A model generated the notes under the pieces. The model saw only the letters and a list, made by a program, of their open reading frames with translations, was not told the DNA's origin and ran no database searches. Source: Tubiluchus corallicola (taxonomy: Eukaryota; Animalia; Priapulida). From it: a DNA stretch of 64,000 nt. Below are positions 53,661-64,000 of the stretch, piece after piece (the first letter of the stretch is position 1; each line of letters opens with the position of its first letter). The stretch lies in contig JAQGDQ010000279.1 of assembly GCA_030141605.1 (NCBI GenBank), positions 186,001 through 250,000 of the forward strand. Reading direction: 5' to 3'. The translations under genes and the position numbers were made by a program.

Positions 53661-53740
53661 TTCTCTCTCACTCACTCTCTCTTTCTCTCTGTCACTCACT
53701 TTCTCTCTCTCAGTCTGTCTGTCTTTCTTTCCCTCTAGCT
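53600..53740. repeat. Imperfect (CT)n tract
   Basis: Direct reading. Confidence 0.9.
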
Positions 53741-53939
53741 CCTTGTATCTTTTCATTTTTCTGTCACCTTTTTTTATAAATTTTCATCTTTGTTTTTCTT
53801 ACATAAGTTGTATATGATCGAGCATTGGTGGTGTTGTGTTGATGTTGTGCAGTTGATAGCAACATGTTTCGAAATAAAAATTTTAATCAAACCATCCCTC
53901 TCAAAACACCTCAGCACTGTTTTAATACGTGGACCTCTG

Positions 53940-54300
53940 TCTCTACAGTAGAATCTATTCTTTCATCACACACCCTTGCTGACCCTACGCTAACTATAAT
54001 CTTCTGAAACTAAGCCGTCCGTTTTTAGTTTCAAGACCTTCAGACGTATTATAAACACCATCACCAAATCATTGGTCACTTCAAGAAATTCTTATACGCC
54101 TCCATTAGCATTCTTTTAATACGCAGTGACAGTTTACGTAGAGTGTAGTGCTTCTTTCCTGCCTCAAACTCGAAGTACTTTTGAGCTTTAAATCAACAAA
54201 ATAAACATTTTTTTTCATTTCTTTTGGCAAGTCGTCTTTCAACAAAACTTGGGTGTCGAACTACTGTAGAAGTGGGCTACCAGGGGTGGTTGCTAATCAG
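53940..54300 (-). mobile_element. Decayed RTE-like reverse transcriptase fragment
   Basis: Minus-strand collinear frameshifted motifs: FVERRLAKR (QIFxxRxLxEK-like), FYFVDLK, YNTS..NGRLS, SVG/QQGCVM (GVRQGCVM-like). Confidence 0.55.
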
Positions 54301-54984
54301 AAGACCACGCTTTTCAGGGGCATCTCATCAAACATCAGAAAGATATTATTTAAACAAAAGTAATTTACATCTAATAATTCTATAAATTAATCTTTTATTT
54401 AAAATTAAAATTGTTGTTGTTTGCGATTTTGACAATTTATTCAGCCTTCGGGGTGAATGTGACTTTTATTGATACACCCTGTAGCTTGTAACTTAATTAT
54501 GCTAATTAGAGTGTGTTTCTCGCGGTTTATCTAAACTATGTTTATTCAGGTGCGAGTGAAAACATTTCTACAAAATTGAAATGCTGCAGCTATAACCTCG
54601 AGGCTAAACAGTTCAAATTAGCCTGTTGTTCCCAGCTTAGTTTACTAGACCTTGTTCTAATCATGAATGCGGTCTCACAAAATTGCAGGATATAATTATA
54701 TGCTGTTCAAAAGTAAACACTGTTAATAGTACAGCTTTCACTTTTACTTACGTGACTTTATTTTAGGCTTTAAGCAATGCTTGAGAAATCATAAGTAAAA
54801 TTTTACCTTGCGAAGAAAATTAGAAACGCGGTTAAAATTTCCCTCTATTACACAAGCTCTCCTTGATCATCTCATTCTCATTTGTTTCAGAATAATACTA
54901 AGTACTGTTGAACATATTTTAGTTATTAAAATACTGCAAAAGTTCTGAGTTCTGGGAAATGCACAGTCTCTTTATTTTATTTAC

Positions 54985-55043
54985 TGCTACCATTACCACC
55001 GCCACGGCCCCTACCAGCACCACCACCAACCCCCGCATCAACA
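54985..55043. repeat. Degenerate (ACC)n
   Basis: accaccgccacggcccctaccagcaccaccacc..caccaccaccaccaccac. Confidence 0.85.
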
Positions 55044-55361
55044 CCACCACCACCACCACTTACTGAATGTTGTATTTACTGTGTCGGAGACGATCACGGT
55101 TATCCCTGCTTAGCTGGTATTACTGGTTTTATAAAAAGTGTCGGTTAAATGACAAAGGGTGAGACAGAGTGAGCTTCCGGATTATTATTATCTCACGCTT
55201 AACTCAATTGTAACAATTGTTAATGCAGACTTTACTTCCTAGATGTTAGGCAACCTGGCTAATGATCATTATTCAATGCAGGATGATGTTTATTTTAAAA
55301 TACATATTTACATAAATGGGCCTTTATCTGCAGGCAAAGTTTTAACTTCAGTATAGTTCAT

Positions 55362-55378
55362 CTCTCTCTCTCTTTCTC

Positions 55379-55442
<64 letters not shown>
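55362..55442. repeat. (CT)n-(TA)n compound microsatellite
   Basis: Direct reading. Confidence 0.97.
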
Positions 55443-55445
<3 letters not shown>

Positions 55446-56149
55446 CGCTGATACGTTAGTGACACGTTATTAAATATATAGCTAAAACAAGGTTACTAAG
55501 ACTGTCAAAAATTAGAACCAGAAGAATGCATTTGTGTCGCTATTAAAATTATGACGCACAAGCCAAATCGCTAATTAACGTCGAGGCGATATGTATTATA
55601 GTAATTATAGAGAACATTTGCATCTGTGTGAGCACTTGTATATCTCGTTTGTATATGAGCTATATCATTGAAATTCACTATATCAACAATATGAACCAAT
55701 TTTTTCAAATCAAGTAAACATTTAGATATGACGACATTATGTAAATAATAAAACTTTCTTTTACAATATTTACAATTGCTTCAATTAAAGATTTCTTTCC
55801 TAGAATGTAGATGTTAGAAATGGTCTTTAAGATCAAGCTTTATATTGTTCAAACAGGTACATACCTGATCAATATGTGTATGGCAATATGTGTATCGCAA
55901 TCCTGATTTGAAAATGATGCCAGAATCATTGAGTATGAAATTGACGAATGAACTGACCATTGTTTATTTTGTTGCCATGTTTGTAAACAATTTGCCTAGC
56001 TGTTGGATTTGCGACTATAATCGTATTGTGCGTAGTTGCTTCCTAGCTGGCATGGGGTGAACGTTTCGTGGTCTGTGTAGTTTTTTACCGCTGACTTTGA
56101 TCAACTTTAACACTTTTCAAAATAACGTTGGGTCCGTTTTCTGTCTGTG

Positions 56150-56263
56150 AAGTTGTGAGTTCGCGACCGGGTCATACGAAAGACTGAAAAGGCTACCTGC
56201 TTTAGTGTACCTGCTACCCCTGCCTGGCACGTGATATTTAGGGTAAAATCGGGGTAATAATAA
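56150..56263 (+). mobile_element. SINE fragment with Meta-domain-like core
   Basis: B-box-like GAGTTCG, then CCGGGTCATACGAAAGACT..AAAAGG..TACCTGCTACCCCTGCCTGGCACGTGATATTTAGGG, resembling from memory the MetaSINE core (GGTCATACCAAAGAC..AAAATGGTA..TGC..CCCTGCTTGGCAC..AGCATTAAGG); (TAA)n tail. Confidence 0.55.
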
Positions 56264-58977
56264 TCTCTGTTTTGTAGTTGTTCATTGCTATTTACAGTCG
56301 GTGAGAAGCTCTTTGAGCTTATTTTAATTGTTAATACAAAGACCGACTTTAAACAAAGATTATTATTATTATAATTACAAAATTACTGTCGACACCTGCA
56401 CGATTTATACTTAGTAAATATTACAAAGTACTGCAGAATATGCCCACACAGTATTGTGTTCGCCTGTCTAGGATCCTAGGCGTAAAAGTTAGCCTGTCTT
56501 GCTTACTTTTTACATCTCGCATATGAAAGTTCTAATGAGTTTACAAATCAGTTAGAAATCCAGACCTGTCGGACTCGACACCTCAATGTGTTTCTTATAG
56601 CTGCAGATAAAACAAGCTGTATCGAGGGAGACTGTCAGTCTGCCAGACACCTATGAGGCTGAACTAATTGTGATAAAAATACCCTTTATCTGTTGTCAAA
56701 ATGTAATGTTTTTGTCTTGCTGTACGTTTTGCATATCTCTGCTTTGAACGTTTATTATTTGAGACGGCTCCTTGTAGGTTTATCTGGCGTGAATAAGTGT
56801 CTAATTACATTATTCTACACTCCATTGCTTGCATGCTCACGCTAATGGGTGTTTAGGCATCCACAATTACATGCTCATAGGATTCATACTTCCATTGATA
56901 TTTTATTCCTCTTTGTTATTATCCCGCAATAACAAAACCCTTGTATGTACACCTCTTAAATGAGTTGCTTTTTCGGTACAGAAAATAATTTAGTCGAGCA
57001 TTTTTACACGCATGTACGTGTAAACACTGCTTTTGCTTATACGTATATAATCTAAATTATACAAGCGTTGTATAGTTTCTTTACAAAAGTTTAAAGAGTT
57101 TCTGTCAATCTGTGTAAAATATGTCGTTCATTCTGACAATTATAAGATTGGGACAAGTGATGCATATTGTGATCAATAATAGCAGTAATTAGTGAGAACT
57201 GACTGAACTTCTACATAAACCATGATATCCGTGGTTGTTGTAGAATTTATCTGCGCTTATGCTTAGGCCACACGGTCTTTCAAAACACCGATATTCAAAA
57301 CACTGAACTCATACGATAAGTTTTTACTGACTTAGCGAAAGCGAAATCAAAGGAAAAAAACTTCGACAAAGAAATGAAACAAAACGTTATTATCAAGAAT
57401 TTCAGGAATTAAAAACAGAAAGCAAATGAATGTTTAAATGTTATTCCGCGTGCATTATTATTGACTGTTCATTCCGAGAAAGACCAACTTGATATCATCA
57501 AACTTGAATGACCTTCAAATTTCACTGTCATTTTCGGCGTTCACACGCTTCTGCAACACTGACAACCTCGAGAATGGACGGCCTATTATATTCTCTTGCG
57601 TGGAATGGAAACTCAATTAATAAGCATTTAAGCAACAGTTAATTATTTAACCATTGACAATTGTGGTAATTATGATCGATTGTTTAATTTGAAAGTCATT
57701 TCGGTCCTTTGTACTTAAAAATTAAATTGTAGAAAATAGATATTCAGTTCTCACTACGGGTAAATTCTTGCCGATTGTAAATGACGATTATTATAGATTT
57801 ATTCTACTATAAACGCTGACGTTGTGCATAATAGCAAACTGCTGCTTGTTGCAGTTGCGCAGTTATAAAAATGGGAAATAAAATGGCGATGATTGCGTAT
57901 CATGCATTTTCCCCTGTCTGCTATTGATCTGACAATACTTGGCTTCCATTACATGTGTGTAAATGACTCACACCAGCACAGGAGAGGAGGCTAAACTATA
58001 GAGTCTCTGCGTGGTCACTGGCTTCATGTATATATATGTTTTATGGGTGAATCATGTCACTGTACAGACACCCTAGTAGTGTGGACAGGCGATTCAGCCA
58101 GGGTTGTCAAAGCTGCTAACCCGCCGTTTGAGGGGAGGTCAATGTTAGGACATGCCCTACTGGAGAGGATACTCGTGTGCCTGCGTTGGAGGGGAGGGTA
58201 TAGTCCGTAAGTAGAATAATCAAAAATTTCTCTTAATAGGTTTGATAACGCATAGGTTTGATTATGCAGCAGAGGTGTAAATTGCGCTTGAGGTGCGAGC
58301 ATTACAGATTTGCTGGGTTCTTCCTGTAATTGTTAATGCCAGATGTAAACACTGTATGTATTGTTATCGGTAGGCTATTTAAAATTAGCTAGATCTCTGT
58401 CATATTTCATTATTTGTAATAGAGATATATCATACATACATAACACGTTTAATGGTTGCACGTTAATGTCTCTGCAGTGTATTTTGGTGAAAACGTTTGG
58501 TGGAGTAATCGATACCTGGGAAAGGTGGAATATTGCATCACGGCGCTGTACATTGATTTACCTGAAGTGCTAATTATTATTGAACAAACGAGCATATGTC
58601 GCAATGCCTGCGTGACAGTCATATTGTAGTCATAGTGACAGTCATAGTGATACACACTTGTATACATAACTAACTACTAGACATTCATTACCTGCGTGCC
58701 TTACTGTGATACTATGATAACATACCTGCATTGACAGGATGTACAGTACACAACCGTGAAGCCATTAAGAAGTACATCAACTTCATGATCCCTTAGCGCC
58801 TAACCCCTAGGTTATAAAGGCAGAGCAGAAATTCGTGGGTAGCAGGTTCGTGTCTTAGTTTGGCGTAATTTTGTTCATTCTGGCAAGCGTTGAACGAATT
58901 TTGTTTTCTTCTCTGCGCGAGAATTGGCGAAAGGTGTTAATAAAAATGTACGGCATATTAATTCAGAAATAATTAAC

Positions 58978-59176
58978 TGTGGTGTTGTTGGTGGCGTTGG
59001 CAATAATTGCAGCAGTGATGCTGATGCTGACGATGATGGTGGTGGGTGGTGGTGGTTTTGGCGATGACAATCGTACCGATGGATGTGGTAGTAGTAGTGA
59101 TGCTGATACCAGACTGGTGATGGTAATCGTCATGGTGTAGCGGTGGTGGTAATAATGGAAGTAGTGGATGTGATGA
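58978..59176. repeat. Degenerate trinucleotide tract (TGG/TGA/TAG)n
   Basis: Direct reading; explains the His/Thr/Pro-rich ORFs at 58963-59265. Confidence 0.9.
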
Positions 59177-62100
59177 CGCTTTATTTGTAAGCAACAGACC
59201 TGACTTGAAATTCCAGTTGTAAGACATTTTTTAAAAATTTTGGGGTTTCTTTCTTTATGAAACAAGTACTCTAAACTGCATGCGAATCACACATGCATGC
59301 ATACAGTCAAGATTTTGTAAGATTTATTACCAATAGGAGACAAAACACTTCCTTGTCTAATACAAGCAGAAAACAGCTATAATGTAAAATTTATGGGATC
59401 TAAAGTGCTGAATCATTTTCTTTGGGTGAGTAACATCAGTGTATCATTGGCGTAAACTGTTAAGCGATCAAAATATGCAGTAAAATTCCTCGTAAGTTTT
59501 GTCTGGTCGTCAATTTCTTTGCTGTGAGTTGATTTATTAACTATGCATTGTGAGCATGGCATGCATAGTTGTGTGTTAGGCTTTTAAAAATTTATACACA
59601 CGATTATTCGATACCTAATAGGTATATGTATAACCAGAGGAGCCACTTTCTAACACGTCTGTGTTCTTGATTTTTTTTTGCTCGTGAACATAATTTAACC
59701 ACATCTTGGTAGCTTGAAGTAAACTTATTGCAAATTCTTTAAATAAATTAGAATAGCTATTTATGTTTATAAATAGTCTTTAAGAAATACTTAAAATACT
59801 ACCATTTTATTTGATTGCAAACCAAATTAGTTCCTGAAAAGCAGATTTTTTACTAAATCTTGAAGTAAAATTGACATATTTATTCAGATATACATGTACA
59901 TTTGTGCTAAATCTAAACCTATTTGAATATAATTATCTTTATTATATAGATTAAAATTCTACATGAGCGATTGGGTATATCCTGTTAAACTTTGTATTTC
60001 GATTTGTCGTTAATTTTGATAATCTAATAATTTAATTGTATCACATTTTAATTAATTTTTTTATTTCGATTCGGTTTTTGCCTTCGTCGGTCACATGGTC
60101 ACAGGTCATTCATCACCTAGTTTAGTCCATGGTCAGCCATAATATCCTGCTGACCTAAAAGGTGCTCTAATTAGATAGGTAACAAATTTGGAACGATGGG
60201 TGCTTAAATCACACGGTGCTTATCTGACCTTCTCTAACTCTACATGTGTGAGATAATTGCTGATTGTCTTGTCACCCTTATTGTTTACCTTAATCCATAC
60301 CTGTCAGGTGTACTGGTGTGGCAACAGTCTCACCTGTGTGGCATATTTATTATTTATTTAGTGCGTGGTAGAACAGCCAGCTTGTTCGTCAGTTGAAATT
60401 ATTTTTATTTTTACAAGCGTTTCGTGCGTGAAGGTTGAAATTTTAACTCGCCTGTTAAATTAATTAATGTTGTTTTGTGCAGCTTCTGTAGGCACTGTAG
60501 TAAGCTTTGTATTACATTTTAATGCATTAAAGCATTATACACAACCGTACTTGTAATGTCGTTTAATTAATGTTAAAGTAATCCAACAGCTTTTTTAATT
60601 TTTGAAAGAAAAATCGTTAAAAGAAGCGGAAAATGGACCTAGATAGATTTGTAAGGACAAAATTAATGTAAGATCGAAATCAGTTTTAAAAATCAATATA
60701 ATTGATTAGTCATTACGTGAGTTTGAGTAAGCTCTTCGACATGATGCAACGATTGGGATACTATTGTTGAACCTGAGTGGTCTAATGATTTTTGAGCTTC
60801 TAACTTCAATGTTTCCTGGATCAAATTTATAACTATAGGTTTTGATTTTTCACGTTTTCTTCCTTTGCCATATATAAGTTGAAAAACTCGACAATAATGT
60901 GTTTTTTTATGTTATCGTTTACTTTAAAATTTAGCTAACACTTCGCGCAGATCTGATTTCTTTACGAGCAATCAAGCATTCTTTACGAGTGACTGCCATG
61001 CTTTTTTGCTTTGTAATCGAGACTTGGAAATACAAATTTCTTTCTCTACAAACAGCGCACTATAGTACAGCAGACTCATATAAATATTATGTAAGTTACA
61101 ATCTTAATGTTAATGTTTTTTGCGTTTTAGAAATGCATTTCTGTCAAAGTATGTACCATTTGACGTTTTTGTTGTTTTTTATCATAACATTTGCTCTGCT
61201 TACTAACGTAAGTGCTAGTGAATCCATAGAAAAACATTATATCGCTTATGTTCGTTATAATTTTTACACTTTAAACGGCACGTGATAGATATGTAAAGTT
61301 TCATATGGTTCCATCTATTTACTTTATTATCTTGTTTAAAAAATGTTGATTTTCTCACAGCAGGGCTACATACGTGTACGTAAGTCGTATAAATGCGTGT
61401 TTAACCGTATCATCGTGCTTTTAATGCTCTGCATCAAGCAAAGATTTCGCTCATATAGCAAGAACTTACATTTGAACTTTGTATCAACACTATCAGCGGT
61501 CTGACGTTGAATAAAGTTAATTAAAATACATTATTCATGCAATATGCTGCAAGCTTGCTGTTCTTGGGTTATAAATGTTCCATAATTCTCGCAGCCACCA
61601 TTAGTTTTTAATGCTACATGAATTGATGCAGTGAACTGGTTGAGCCGACATAAATCGTGCAGATATTATATTAAACGGCTTTATTAATTACCCTGGACCC
61701 TCTGTTATTATGATTCACTTATACAGCTGACGTGATGGTGAAGTTTCGCGACCTCTGAACTTGCCTGCAAGTTTAGAAGAAAATTCTCTCTAAAGTTGGT
61801 TTTAAGGGGGAACATGCTGCAGTGTAATCCAAAGGCTGCTGGCTCAAATGAATCCTACTCCGTCATGACTTTTCACGTTACTTTTTTCAGTTAAATTATA
61901 AACTTAGTAACTGTATGGTATTGGTTACATTTCAATTCTTACCATATATACCATATAAGCAAGGTGTGCTTTTCTGGTTTTTGAACTTTTACTGTACTGT
62001 TCTTAGCGATGTTTTACAATTTATTGATCCTTTTTCGATTTACAACGCAACGTATGCTCGACTTAAGACGCTTTTTAATTTTCTAAAAACTAATATTTTA

Positions 62101-64000
62101 CCTAAAATCATTATCAGCAAGGTTTGAGCAACTTTTAGGCTGTTTTTGTCTAGTATCTACTTCATAAAGTGATGGATGAACATAAACTAACAATGCATTG
62201 TACTCTATGTTATCTCTCTGTGTGTGTTGTTAGAACCTTAATTTTTACACATCCGTTTTATTGTGGGCGTTTTCAAGGAAATTGTAGATTTTGGTATTTA
62301 AGGAAAGGTATCTGCTTAGCAACTGCAGATAAGCAACAATAAACTTGATTAGTAAACGGATGAGCGACCACTGTAATTTCAGCTGTATTAAAACACTCAT
62401 CAGCACTATTTCTAGTTGTCTGCCACGTTATAGACTTCAGCGCATCACTGCCAGAAAGCGCCGGCATGGATTTAGCTGGAAAAGAAATATCGTTTTGGTG
62501 AAAATGTAAAGTACATTACATTATCACCTCAATCTCGAACGTTTGATTATCTCTGCTTTTTGCCACTGCTCATTAGATAACTTCAGTGATTCCAATTCAT
62601 TCTATTCACTCAAGTAAGGGAGAAGCACTCGCATTATTGTTTAGTTAAAAATTGATATTTACTGTCCATTCCCAAGTGCTTTAAAAAAACATGTAGCTTG
62701 AATTTTGTGTGTCTACTCTCTAAGGTCTCCGTAAGTTCAAATGCCAGAACTCCTTTGACTTGCTTCCCTGTAACCTGATGTTTTGTAGCGATTTAGCAGC
62801 CCGCCGTAAACACGAATCTCTTATTTATGCAAGCTTTAGTGCGATTGCTACCACATTTCAATTTGGGGGGATTGGGCTAGTAGGATTGGTAGCAGCTGGC
62901 TGGCTGCTGTGTAAGCCCTGCTGTGGTCCTTGTGTTGTTACTGGCTTTTGCAGACACCTATAGAAACGCTACATTCTGGGTCAGCTCTTGTGTTGTGTGC
63001 TGGTCTATTCTCATTTCCTGAAGTGGATACTTGTGGCGGCTTTGCTCAGTCGGCTGTGCTGGAGAACTTTCCTTTTGCAGTTTCTTACACGCAGCTTTGC
63101 GGTTATTCAGCTTAAAAACTGGGAGTTAGTAATTTAGTGGTTTAGCGTGTAACAATGGCTTTGCTATAACGAGGTTATGTGTTATTTGTGACGGAATGAA
63201 AATATTCGGCGCAAATGTTGTTATTTATAAGTTTCGTCAGACAAAGCGGTTGTGAATTTTAGGCGTGGAAGCCTTGACAGTAGTAGGCTTTTGTCTGGGA
63301 AAATGTTCATTGAACAGTGTGTAATACTTTTGGGAGAACAATTTTACTAAATTAGGTAAATGGGTTGTTTATGCTTGTGCACGCCCGTGAATATAAATTC
63401 CTCGGTTCATGATGATTTGTTCAAAACGTGATAATCAAGTGTTCAAGGCGAAGATTTCCAAGGAAAGGTTTGAATAAGTTTAAATAGGATAATGGCGAAA
63501 AGCTCTGATGCACATTAGTAACTTTCAAAGATTCAGTGCCGGAAATCTTTTCATCTTTTTGGATGTTTCCTGTTTAAATTACCGGCATAGAGTTAAAAAA
63601 TTTCGTTCAGCCTTCTTTCACAGTGCAAAATTTGCTCCCAAAATTCCATACTACGCCAATGTATACCATCTATTGCTGGTATGCAAACAATGACACAGTT
63701 CTGAGCTGTCATTTATTAGACCATTAGACCACTCTACTGTTTATAGTTTAATGCAGTCATTGCCATTTGTTGTTTACTTCGCATAATCGGCATGTTAAAC
63801 GTCTTTTCATTTGAATGTCGTTTTCTAATTTTCGGTCAATACCAACCGTATTTTATCGCTTTGAAATTAAGTTATCTTACCTTTCTCTTGTTGTGCACTA
63901 TACAATAGTGATCTACCTGTTTTGTAATGACTGATGTGGCAGTTATTCTCGAGACTCTAATTTTTTTAGCAGATTTGTATCAGTTAATATTTGTGTGTGC

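Noticed and set aside
62700-63130. GC-richer coding-like stretch on the minus strand
   Set aside because: No recognisable domain; interrupted by stops; at most an unassignable retroelement piece

Overview
AT-rich, gene-poor eukaryotic DNA, most likely intergenic or intronic sequence from an invertebrate animal. I found no intact protein-coding gene, rRNA operon, intact tRNA or CRISPR array. Most ORFs in the track are chance frames or microsatellite read-throughs; two (11701 +, 52590 -) lie within retrotransposon relics. The window is a mosaic of mobile-element remains: (i) decayed non-LTR retrotransposons, one keeping the full ORF1 zinc-knuckle / AP-endonuclease / RT order at ~3.9-6.8 kb; (ii) non-autonomous DNA transposons with readable ends (Merlin-like with a perfect 8-bp TSD, hAT-like, Harbinger-like, and several TTAA-flanked Kolobok-like families); (iii) tRNA-, 5S- and Meta-SINE-like pieces; (iv) micro- and minisatellites. 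The most unusual structures are a perfect 545-bp-arm palindrome with a template-switch signature (30906-32013), a 63-bp ungapped hairpin with G:U bias on the + strand (38273-38405), a 1.23-kb fold-back element (25586-26815) and a perfect 40-bp inverted duplication without TSD (7021-7633). I cannot support a new multi-gene system from this sequence. All alignments were done by eye, and family names rest on end/TSD/motif rules, not database searches.
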